Shown: in pieces, positions 58,495 to 64,000 of the stretch
Layout of the letters: every line of letters starts with the position of its first letter
Numbering within the stretch: the first letter of the stretch is position 1
From: Octopus sinensis
Lineage: Eukaryota
Length of the DNA stretch: 64,000 nt
NCBI RefSeq assembly: GCF_006345805.1
Contig: NC_043006.1
Location: 52,266,001 to 52,330,000, forward strand
Direction of reading: 5' to 3'
The notes under the pieces: generated by a model
What the model saw: the letters and a program-made list of their open reading frames with translations, nothing else
Database searches by the model: none
What the model was told of the DNA's origin: nothing
Translations under genes and position numbers: made by a program

Positions 58495-61150
58495 TGTGTG
58501 TGTGTCTGTGTGTCTATATGTTTGTAAAAAGTTTGTAAAAGCTGTTGGTTTCTTCAGATTAGCAAAGTGATTAGTTCCAGTAAAAAGAATCAGTTGACTG
58601 CAGAAGGATTTGAACTCAGAACTAAGTGGAGCAAATCTGAAAACCATAAGTCGTGTCCAGTTTTGACCATCTCTACAGATCTTCCTTATCTAGACAAGTA
58701 TTTACTTATATAGAGACAAGGCATAAATTTACAGAGCTGAAAGAGAAAAACAGCTGTGACTGGAAGTGTGCTCATCAATTCAGACTTATCAACATGGAAC
58801 TATCTCTTCATATCAGGACAAGACACCAATTGTGATATAAACTAAATAAATGAAAAATATGTCCGGTTGTCATTGCTTTTGTTTTTCAATGCTTTGGATT
58901 TGATAAATATCAGTGAAGTACTGTGTAAATGACTTCCTTCTAACATGTACTAATATTAGGAATTGAAATTATACCCTTTTGAGGAAAAACATAAATAAAT
59001 ATAAAATTAAATATCGAAGTTTCAAGATTTGGGAAAAACTTTAAAAGTATATTAAAGTATGGCTTTTCTTGTTTCTTTAACAGGATGCCATAAAACAGAT
59101 GATTGAATTAGCAGAAAAACATGAGAAAACGAAGCTCTCTTTAAAGCTAATAAAAAGTTTATTTGAATCAACAACTCAACAGGAGATAGATGCAAATCTT
59201 CAGTTGATTTCACAGGAGAAAGGTAAATAGGGGTATGTATGGGAGAATGTGTATTTCTTTATTTATACTACAAGGTAAGAACTCAGTCCTGCATGAAGTG
59301 GCAGTATTCTATAATGAATGTATGCAATTTCTTCTGACTGTATAAGTTAGCAAGAGATCAGCTATGTTAAAATGACTTGGCCTCATAACATAATGGAGAT
59401 GTTTAATAATGAAGATAATTTGATGTATCTTGGATTATGGAACTTACTCACTGATATTAATGATTTTGAACACTTAAAGTGCAAAAATGTTTCTTGTATA
59501 ACAAAATGTCATTTGCCTCTTCATATCTTTTATACTTGTATATGTTATTTACTCACGCTGATATTTGCTGGAATTACCGTTTGGCTAAGCAGCTTACTTT
59601 GCAGCCATATGATTTTGGATTCAGTCCTGCTGCACAGCACCTTGGGCAGGAGTTTTCTACTCTAGCCCTGAGATGACCAACACCTCGAGAGTAAATCTGA
59701 TAAATAGTATGGAAGCCAGTCATTCATGTATGTATGTATGTATGTATGTATGTATGTATGTATGTATGTATGTATGTATGTATGTATGTATGTATGTATG
59801 TATGTATGTATGTATGTATGTATGTATGTATGTATGTATGTATGTATGTATGTATGTATGTATGTATGTATGTACGTATGTATGTATGTACGTACGTACG
59901 TACGTACGTACGTACGTACATACGTACGTACATGTGTGTGTGTGTGTGTGTGTGTGTGCATGCATGAATGTTATTATTCAGTATTATTTCAAGATATCTT
60001 GCCAATGTGTTTGTTTTTGTTCATCTACTCCACCACACCACTATCTGAAATCTGTTATGGTTTATTTACATCCCTGTAACTTAGCAGTTAGGCAAAAGAC
60101 CAATAAAAAATAAGTGCCAGCCTTAAAAAAAAAGTACTGGAGACAATTTGTTTGACTAAAGCCATCAAGGCAGTGCATCAAAATGGCCTCAGTCGAATGA
60201 TTGAAACAAGATACGTTGTTGGTTTATTTCACTGCAGTGTATTACTTGGCTGCACAGCCTTATTCATTTTGTATTGCCTTTGTCATATAGATCAACCCAA
60301 CTTAATCATCATTCATGTTTTCAAGTTAATATATGATTTAAAGAAGATTTTTGCTGCTATTTATTGAAAATAAAACTACAACAGAGGGGACTTATTTACT
60401 TGCTTCTCATTTGTTGGAATGTTGTGTTTGACATATCTGCAATTCAGTATTACAGTTTTCACTTTTGTGTAAACATAGACGAAACAGAAGAAATTAAGAG
60501 CCATTGAGATCAAAATGATTATTAGAATCATCAGCATGCAAAATAAGTTAGACCTGTGAATATCATATAAAAATGCCCACAGGCTAACTTTTAAATCTTT
60601 GATTAAACCTGACTAGTTGTATTCTGATGTCCTCATTTTTATTTACTATTTAGTATGACTAAGAAAATATCAGCTTTGCTATAAAATTTACTTTTAGATA
60701 ATTTGAGCAATTTGGTGAGACAAATTGTTCATGCTATTTACATATTGGAATATGTTCACTGTTTTTTCTTTTGATAGTAAGAAAATCAACCCTTTAGCAT
60801 ATAAAGCAGCCACCTGATTTATGTTCAAACTGGCCAAATCTGGCCTGTCACACTTATCCTACAATGTCCCTTTAAAAATAAACAATATAATACATGATTA
60901 ATTCAAAGCAATATGAATAAATAAACATTACATTTGACAGAGTAATCTGAATGCTAAAGGGTCAATCAATTTACATTTATATTATAAGAACTTTAAAAAC
61001 CTAATTTCTTTTGTAGATGATGATCATGGCAGTACATCCAAATCTTTAACTCATGCAGATAAAATCTCCAGTTCTAAAGTATCTATTCGTGATCTGAGAA
61101 TAGAAAATACTAAACCTGTAAATAATTCAAGTTCATGTGAAATTATTTAA
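3586..61150 (+). CDS. KIF28P: Kinesin-3 family KIF28/KLP-6-like gene, 5'-partial, 21 coding exons (join listed exon by exon below), 823 aa in window
   Basis: Spliced reading frame gives kinesin motor motifs ([37 protein letters not shown]), NLNMDP plus [46 protein letters not shown] and a C2-like domain. Exon lengths sum to 2472 nt with consistent phases and end at TAA 61148-61150. The family assignment is from motif recognition, not a search. Confidence 0.9.
3809..3920 (+). CDS. KIF28P: Kinesin exon 2 (motor, switch I start)
   Basis: ttttacag|TG...AGCAG|gtcaga; (V)[36 protein letters not shown](S). Confidence 0.95.
4095..5640. mobile_element. Older RTE-type LINE relic interrupted by the CR1 insertion and partly inverted
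   Basis: Minus-strand [10 protein letters not shown] (5200-5235) continues as [11 protein letters not shown] (4150-4193); plus-strand [23 protein letters not shown]...ISWQDKV at 5345-5640. Confidence 0.65.
4191..5199 (-). mobile_element. Young 5'-truncated CR1/L2-group LINE (RT C-terminal half, uninterrupted frame) with (AACT)n tail
   Basis: [56 protein letters not shown] in ORF 4274-5287; short 3' UTR; (TTAG)n on + strand at 4191-4209; much GC-richer than flanks. Confidence 0.92.
5960..6370 (-). mobile_element. Decayed LINE 3' fragment (CR1-group-like)
   Basis: GC-richer block; minus-strand ...[15 protein letters not shown] resembles the WNSLP..FK..L end motif. Confidence 0.4.
8912..9019 (+). 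CDS. KIF28P: Kinesin exon 3 (switch I/II)
   Basis: tttcag|TCGT...GGAAG|gtaaga; [35 protein letters not shown](S). Confidence 0.95.
9303..9610. mobile_element. Two short oppositely oriented copies of the RTE 3'-tail repeat with (ATG/CAT)n tails
   Basis: tttccatgctagcatgggttggacggtttga (9316-9365) and its reverse complement (9548-9595); same sequence as the 3' end of the RTE at 39090. Confidence 0.8.
9960..10384 (+). mobile_element. RTE-clade LINE 3' fragment with (CAAGT)n tail, a different family from the 39 kb RTE
   Basis: [10 protein letters not shown]...[13 protein letters not shown]...GVRRWNKEW...AWSAFVRDA...STHPR*, then gtcaagtcaagtcaagtcaagt. Confidence 0.75.
10401..10688. repeat. AT-rich fold-back (MITE-like) element
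   Basis: Arms 10401-10490 and 10574-10688 are imperfect reverse complements (the right arm has a ~24-nt insert). Confidence 0.75.
11305..11670 (+). mobile_element. Octopus-type tRNA-derived SINE (family A)
   Basis: gtggtaagaagcttgcttcccaaccac...ggcaccttgggcaagtgtcttctactatagcc...aataagtactaggcttacaaag; repeated at 17745, 20495, 26010, 28803, 59570. Confidence 0.85.
11786..11916 (+). CDS. KIF28P: Kinesin exon 4 (L11/alpha4)
   Basis: ttttctag|TGAA...AAAG|gtaaac; [43 protein letters not shown]. Confidence 0.95.
12058..12698. mobile_element. Non-autonomous DNA transposon with ~280-bp TIRs, 8-bp TSD (AATAGCTC) and telomere-like core
   Basis: Arms 12058-12333 and 12418-12698; TSD at 12050-12057 and 12699-12706; core of (A)ACCCTA variants 12333-12384. 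Confidence 0.85.
13043..13113 (+). CDS. KIF28P: Kinesin exon 5 (L12/alpha5)
   Basis: attttag|TTCCT...ATG|gtatga; (V)[23 protein letters not shown]. Confidence 0.95.
13960..15345 (+). mobile_element. Decayed RTE LINE internal fragment (endonuclease end to RT), same family as 39090-41162
   Basis: [53 protein letters not shown] motifs with stops and frameshifts. Confidence 0.85.
17100..17720 (+). mobile_element. Decayed CR1-group LINE 3' fragment
   Basis: Degenerate EYSFYIW, SSDLAS and NSFL.DIFP motifs; related to 2950-3330. Confidence 0.4.
17745..18170 (+). mobile_element. SINE family A with internal (CT)n(AT)n(GT)n
   Basis: Direct similarity to 11305-11670. Confidence 0.85.
18662..18861. 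mobile_element. hAT-superfamily MITE, 200 bp
   Basis: TIRs CAGTGTTTTTCAACC / GGTTGAAAACCACTG; perfect 8-bp TSD ATTTAAAG at 18654-18661 and 18862-18869. Confidence 0.9.
18986..19046 (+). CDS. KIF28P: Kinesin exon 6 (beta8/alpha6)
   Basis: tttag|GTT...TACG|gtaagt; [20 protein letters not shown]. Confidence 0.95.
20495..20700 (+). mobile_element. SINE family A, 5' half
   Basis: Similarity to 11305-11470; ends in AC/AT microsatellite. Confidence 0.75.
21149..21307 (+). CDS. KIF28P: Kinesin exon 7 (neck linker, neck coil)
   Basis: ttttcaaag|TT...GAGG|gtaaga; (V)[52 protein letters not shown]. Confidence 0.92.
22193..22410 (+). mobile_element. tRNA-derived SINE (family C); decayed relatives near 24150, 33880, 34640-34900(-), 42570-42900, 58530-58640(-)
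   Basis: ggtggtgagctagcagaa...gagttcaaattctgccgaggtcgactttacctttcatcctttcgggg; B-box-like GAGTTCAAAT. Confidence 0.75.
22860..23280 (-). mobile_element. Highly decayed RTE RT fragment
   Basis: gagaaagcctttgacagg and [23 protein letters not shown] on minus strand. Confidence 0.6.
23988..24118 (+). CDS. KIF28P: Kinesin exon 8 (coiled coil)
   Basis: taaacag|AA...CAA|gtaagt; (E)[43 protein letters not shown]. Confidence 0.9.
25126..25292 (+). CDS. KIF28P: Kinesin exon 9 (pre-FHA/FHA start)
   Basis: ttttattag|CCA...CCAAG|gtgagt; [55 protein letters not shown](S). Confidence 0.92.
25399..25455. repeat. (AAT)n microsatellite
   Basis: Directly visible. Confidence 0.95.
25525..25810. repeat. AT-rich fold-back with ~130-bp arms and ~28-nt loop
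   Basis: 25525-25656 versus 25685-25810 are reverse complements with scattered mismatches. Confidence 0.85.
25892..25957. repeat. (GA)n microsatellite
   Basis: Directly visible. Confidence 0.95.
26010..26370 (-). mobile_element. SINE family A, near full length
   Basis: Reverse complement of 28803-29170. Confidence 0.9.
27365..27972 (+). mobile_element. RTE 3'-end-derived repeat with internal ~60-bp duplication and (ATG)n tail
   Basis: gcgaagacccgac (ORF end), ggcgttaggaagggcatccagctgtaga, atgatgatgatgat; duplication at 27368-27427 and 27596-27661. Confidence 0.8.
28803..29170 (+). mobile_element. SINE family A, near full length
   Basis: Similarity to the other family A copies. Confidence 0.9.
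30305..31300. mobile_element. Possible decayed hAT-type DNA transposon
   Basis: Starts CAGGACCAGATTTAAACC (hAT-like terminus); only faint coding remnants; second terminus not located. Confidence 0.3.
33291..33422 (+). CDS. KIF28P: Kinesin exon 10 (FHA)
   Basis: ttaattag|CATT...GATCG|gtaaat; [43 protein letters not shown](R). Confidence 0.92.
35394..35527 (+). CDS. KIF28P: Kinesin exon 11 (FHA end)
   Basis: ttttctag|AATA...ATGA|gtaaat; [44 protein letters not shown]. Confidence 0.88.
35668..36561 (-). mobile_element. Internally deleted mariner element
   Basis: TIRs gaggtggtatcaaaaaatttctggacta / tagtctgggaattttttgatatcatct; decayed transposase on minus strand; same family as 53930-55091. 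Confidence 0.8.
36853..38599 (-). mobile_element. Tc1/mariner element carrying a nested RTE 3' fragment
   Basis: TIR core ggtgcatcagttttt at 36857 and its reverse complement at 38581-38595; HTH-like remnants ([17 protein letters not shown]) in ORF 38036-38494. Confidence 0.75.
36950..37586 (-). mobile_element. 5'-truncated RTE copy (ORF end plus 3' UTR plus (ATG)n tail) inserted in the Tc1 element
   Basis: Colinear with 39090-39810. Confidence 0.85.
38881..38999 (+). CDS. KIF28P: Kinesin exon 12 (stalk)
   Basis: attcacag|AT...GAG|gtgaga; [39 protein letters not shown]. Confidence 0.9.
39090..41162 (-). mobile_element. 5'-truncated RTE LINE, ~2.1 kb, frameshifted RT plus repetitive 3' UTR
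   Basis: [43 protein letters not shown]; ORFs 40430-41161, 39991-40233, 39769-39972; (ATG)n tail at ~39090-39110. Confidence 0.92.
44045..44110. repeat. (CT)n microsatellite
   Basis: Directly visible. Confidence 0.95.
44590..44724 (+). CDS. KIF28P: Kinesin exon 13
   Basis: ttacag|GTT...CAA|gtaaat; [45 protein letters not shown]. Confidence 0.92.
45329..45412 (+). CDS. KIF28P: Kinesin exon 14
   Basis: tttttcag|GAC...GGT|gtaagt; [28 protein letters not shown]. Confidence 0.92.
45628..45715. repeat. Long hairpin with perfect 21-bp outer arms
   Basis: AGGGTACTACATGAGTACCTG (45628-48) and its exact reverse complement (45695-715). Confidence 0.9.
45780..47300. mobile_element. Cluster of Penelope-like-derived fragments (non-coding) with decayed hammerhead-like motif and A-rich tandem repeats
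   Basis: Decayed minus-strand TGACGAAGAGC..CTCAAAATGTT motif at 46033-46067; head at 46381 resembles 25457; family assignment is inference. Confidence 0.4.
47190..47240. repeat. Perfect 18-bp hairpin with 3-nt loop (24 bp with one mismatch)
   Basis: GAGGTACTACAAATAAAT-gtc-ATTTATTTGTAGTACCTC (47196-47234). Confidence 0.95.
47779..47841 (+). CDS. KIF28P: Kinesin exon 15
   Basis: tttccag|ATT...GAG|gtgagt; [21 protein letters not shown]. Confidence 0.88.
48384..48530 (+). CDS. KIF28P: Kinesin exon 16 (start of C2-like domain)
   Basis: ttacag|GTG...ACA|gtatgt; [49 protein letters not shown]. Confidence 0.9.
49634..50860 (-). mobile_element. Decayed near full-length mariner element
   Basis: TIRs agagtgaatcaaaaattat / ataacttttgatttcctct; remnants [34 protein letters not shown] (WVPHEL, HDNA, YSPDLAPSD equivalents). 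Confidence 0.85.
51196..51321 (+). CDS. KIF28P: Kinesin exon 17 (C2-like domain)
   Basis: tcaaacag|GAC...CAA|gtaaag; [42 protein letters not shown]. Confidence 0.9.
51364..51385. repeat. Interstitial (TAACCC)3 telomere-like repeat
   Basis: taaccctaaccctaaccctaac. Confidence 0.8.
52000..52900 (+). mobile_element. Highly decayed RTE fragment
   Basis: agttcagatttgtaccaact..attgatgctctcttcctagtgtggcaactacaagag, gatatgaagaaggcctttaat; degenerate versions of the RT motifs at 40430-41161. Confidence 0.55.
53334..53698. repeat. AT-rich fold-back with ~145-bp arms
   Basis: 53334-53477 versus 53555-53698 are reverse complements with mismatches. Confidence 0.85.
53930..55091 (-). mobile_element. Decayed mariner element
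   Basis: [44 protein letters not shown]; right TIR tagtctggaaacttcttgatactacctc. Confidence 0.85.
55231..55359 (+). CDS. KIF28P: Kinesin exon 18 (end of C2-like domain)
   Basis: ttttacag|CTT...ATT|gtaaat; [43 protein letters not shown]; 3' boundary chosen to keep phase 0. Confidence 0.82.
55796..55876 (+). CDS. KIF28P: Kinesin exon 19
   Basis: cctttag|GAG...CTG|gtaata; [27 protein letters not shown]. Confidence 0.82.
56291..57075 (+). mobile_element. Penelope-like/retrozyme-like non-autonomous element (188-bp direct repeats, 32-bp inverted 5' copy, internal hammerhead)
   Basis: 56324-56511 and 56888-57075 appear identical; 56291-56322 is the exact reverse complement of 56448-56479; the hammerhead lies between the repeats. 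Confidence 0.6.
56727..56790 (+). ncRNA. Type I hammerhead ribozyme motif
   Basis: Stem I TTGAG(56727-31)/CTCAG(56786-90); core CTGACGA(56732-38); bulged 10-bp stem II (56740-56770); GAAA(56772-75); self-complementary stem III ACGGGCCTGT; predicted cleavage 3' of T56785. Confidence 0.75.
58305..58515. repeat. Compound (CATA)n/(AT)n/(GT)n microsatellite
   Basis: Directly visible. Confidence 0.9.
59084..59222 (+). CDS. KIF28P: Kinesin exon 20
   Basis: tttaacag|GAT...AAAG|gtaaat; [46 protein letters not shown]. Confidence 0.85.
59570..60200 (+). mobile_element. Diverged SINE family A with expanded central (TATG)n(TACG)n(TG)n tract (59723-59960)
   Basis: 5' half cagcaccttgggcaggagttttctactctagccc; 3' half cctgtaacttagcagttaggcaaaagaccaataa. 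Confidence 0.75.
60790..60961. mobile_element. piggyBac-like MITE with TCAA duplication
   Basis: TIRs CCCTTTAGCAT / ATGCTAAAGGG; TCAA at both 60786-60789 and 60962-60965. Confidence 0.7.
61017..61150 (+). CDS. KIF28P: Kinesin terminal coding exon, ends in CEII-stop
   Basis: ttttgtag|AT...TAA; (D)[43 protein letters not shown]; phase matches exon 20. Confidence 0.8.
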
Positions 61151-62724
61151 AGTAAAATAGAAGAGGAAATTTTGAAGTTTTTGATATATGAACTGAACTA
61201 TTTTTACAATATCCAGCTGAAATTATTTTTCTCAAATGCATCAGATATGTCAATTCATCTATGTTCTCTTGAAATGAAATGAATTTATGTTTGAAAACTA
61301 TTGGTTGATATGTGTTGTTTATTTAACTTTTCTATATGAATGCATGCATACACATATATGTATGCATGAATGCATATATTTATCCATCCATTCATATTTG
61401 TATGTATGTACGAATGTACGTGTTCATCCTTCTTCTCCCCAATCACGTACCCCTCCCTCCATCCATTCATTCACCAATCCAGTAATCAATCGACCGAGTG
61501 ATCAATGGAAACTGGAAAAACATTAATTTGAATTAATATCACTACACTTTTTGAAATAGAATATCACTACACTTTTTGAATTTTTGTCATAAAAATAATC
61601 AGACTGTCTATATCCTGGTGCCAACAGTGGTAAATTCTCCAAGGTACCCGCTTTAGGAAAGTTTTACTGAAACATGTTGTTATCAATCTAAAAGCTTGTT
61701 TTCCAGCTGGTAATGTCTCTTACAGAAATTGTATCACTACTAATGATTCTATCTTATAATGTGCAATTGATCAACTGCTGCGGCACAATGATAACAGATT
61801 TTTACATTTTATAGACAGTTATCAACATGGTAACTACTGTCCTTCGCAAAAACAGTAAAACACAATGAATGGCAAAAGCCTCTTCATAAGCAAATTGTCC
61901 TGTTTTGGTTATGAAACCTCAAGTCAGTCCTCATCCAATAGACCAATAACTAAAAACAGTTCAGATACACTTGACAATTTCTTTGTTAAGACAATGCATA
62001 TCCAGGACTAGACTGCATTGTTTAATATGTGTTTCTACGTATTGAATAATGTAATGTGAGAAAGATTTAGTGCCTAACAGTGGGAGCTTCTTTGTTGTAA
62101 ACTAATTGTATGGTGGAGTATGCAAAATCATAATTGCTTATATATTTAAATCTGTCTGTATAGTATATTAAAGTTTATTCAGAAAAAATATAGAGTAACT
62201 GTGTTCAAAATACCTATCATCTTGTGATCTCAGCACTGGTTCTGATATTTATGTGACAGAGACATGTCTGAAGAAACAACAAAGAAAACTTGATTGGAAA
62301 GGATGGGAAAATATGTAAAGAGAAATAAAGGCAAAAAAGCAAGAAAAAACAAAGACATACTGTTAAAATTAGCCTGATAATTTGTTTATTTCATTTTCAT
62401 AGCAATATTAATTCATCTAATCTGAAATGGGTTCTGTTGTTTCATTTATTGGATATGTAGTGCATAAATTTGGTTGCAAACACTTCCAGAAGAATTGTGA
62501 CAAAGAACCACAGGATAAAGCATATGAATTAGACAGGAATATTAATACATTAAAGATGAAACATATATATGTATGTTTAGAAAGAAAATAATCACTGCAG
62601 AAAACCAATATTCATTAGCATATGTGCAAATTAAAACCGTCATTATCATATGGTAGAATGGATTCTTCATATTCTCATACTACAGGGGAAATTATTTGGA
62701 ATAATAGAAATTCTGTTTCCTTGT

Positions 62725-62900
62725 TTATTTTCTAATATTGCAGTCGGCTCTGTATTGCCAATCACACACTTTCAAGACTTTGTTGAAGTGCAAGTTTCCA
62801 GGGCAATCCTTTCTGTAGGCAATACTCCAGTCACATTGATAAAAATGTCTGCAGCTTTGTGGATCAGGGAAAAGACCTGAAGGTTCAGGACATTTGAAGC
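62725..62900 (-). CDS. Terminal exon of a convergent gene encoding a chitin-binding peritrophin-A/CBM14 (ChtBD2) domain; chitinase or peritrophin-like protein, upstream exons outside window
   Basis: Minus-strand acceptor ttttcactag| then FKCPEPSGLFPDPQSCRHFYQCDWSIAYRKDCPGNLHFNKVLKVCDWQYRADCNIRK*; six Cys spaced CX12CX5CX9CX12CX7C. Confidence 0.9.
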
Positions 62901-63632
62901 CTAGTGAAAAAAATATGAACAAAATTGTCAAATAAATGAATTTTAATTATATATAATTGATGATTAAGTAAATATTTATTGATGATCACATTTATTTAAT
63001 TGATGAGACTGGCAACATGAGGGGTGTATGTGTACATGTATGAATATGTGCATACATGTATGTATATGTATGTGTGTGTGTGCATGCATGATTGTGTCTC
63101 CTGGTCTTGCTACTGCATGACTGTTTATACATGAGTGTCACTTTCATAGAAGCAGTGTTATTCATTTCCAGTATCCTGTAAAACCATGTCTGGCTATCAG
63201 GAAATATTTTTTTACATGGAGGCAGGTGTGGGTTGGCAGCAAAAAAGGTATTCAACTGTAGAAAATCTGACAGCTGCAAGGTCTTATCTAGCTGCCTGAC
63301 CTATGCAAGCATGGAAAAAGAGATATTAAAACAATAATGATAGATTGCTTTAACTACTTTTGGAAACCCAAATCATTTCGTAAGAGAGACTGGTGCCTTT
63401 TTATCTCTTTAATAAAAACAAACAATTCTACATAACAACACAGCTTCATTACACATGGATAAATCTTAAAAACACAAATACATACACACACACGTACAAG
63501 TGTGTATTAATCAGAAGATAATGCATAATAGGTGTGTAAGTTCTATACACTAAAATGAAAATAAACACCACCACCACAAAAATAAACCAAATAAAATCAT
63601 CTTTGTCAACTCTCATCTCAATTCATTTAGAT

Positions 63633-63886
63633 TAGTGTTTCTCAACCATTTTTCGTCTATGGACCTCTCTGATTCCTATTTCATTCAGGTAGACCCTGGC
63701 AAACATTTCATGTTTAAAAGATCCTATTATATTATTATCATTAAATCATATTAGGAATTGTATAAAAAGATTGTTAAAATGTTTTGTGCATTGTAGAAAT
63801 ATAACCGATTTATAGCACATATTTTTTAACAAAAGAATCTTATACAGACCCGCAAGGATCACATGGACTCTTGGTGAGAACGACTG
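63633..63886. mobile_element. Old hAT-like MITE
   Basis: TIR-like tagtgtttctcaacc / ggtgagaacgactg; TSD not clearly preserved. Confidence 0.5.
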
Positions 63887-64000
63887 ATGACGATAAAGCA
63901 TGAGGAAGAGTTAAATCATCTTAGTCAGTGACTAAAATATATTTGCATATTCACTGAACTGACATGAGAAATTTCAAAACGAATATATATTTTTCTTTCC

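Noticed and set aside
1-64000. CRISPR arrays, rRNA, bona fide tRNA genes, prokaryotic operons
   Set aside because: None seen; tRNA-like boxes occur only as SINE heads and the DNA is spliced eukaryotic sequence.

Overview
AT-rich, microsatellite- and transposon-dense animal genomic DNA; the SINE/LINE families look like octopus (coleoid cephalopod), a recognition rather than a database result. Most of the window is the last 21 coding exons (3586-61150, + strand, 2472 nt = 823 aa + stop, all GT-AG, phases consistent) of a kinesin-3 gene of the KIF28/KLP-6 type. It encodes the C-terminal half of the motor, a coiled coil, FHA, stalk, a C2-like domain and a CaaX-like C-terminus (CEII). Its 5' exons lie upstream of the window. 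A convergent gene contributes one terminal exon encoding a CBM14 chitin-binding domain (62725-62900, - strand). Introns hold RTE, CR1-group and R4/Dong-like LINE fragments, tRNA-type SINEs, Tc1/mariner relics, hAT/piggyBac/Merlin-like MITEs and several fold-back elements. The best leads are: an intact-looking type I hammerhead ribozyme (56727-56790) in the sense strand of a kinesin intron, inside a Penelope/retrozyme-like direct-plus-inverted repeat; a possibly prenylated, C2-bearing kinesin with substitutions at conserved motor positions (PYMDS for PYRDS); and a pre-miRNA-like hairpin at 45628-45715. All work was done by eye, so TE boundaries are approximate unless TSD/TIR coordinates are given.
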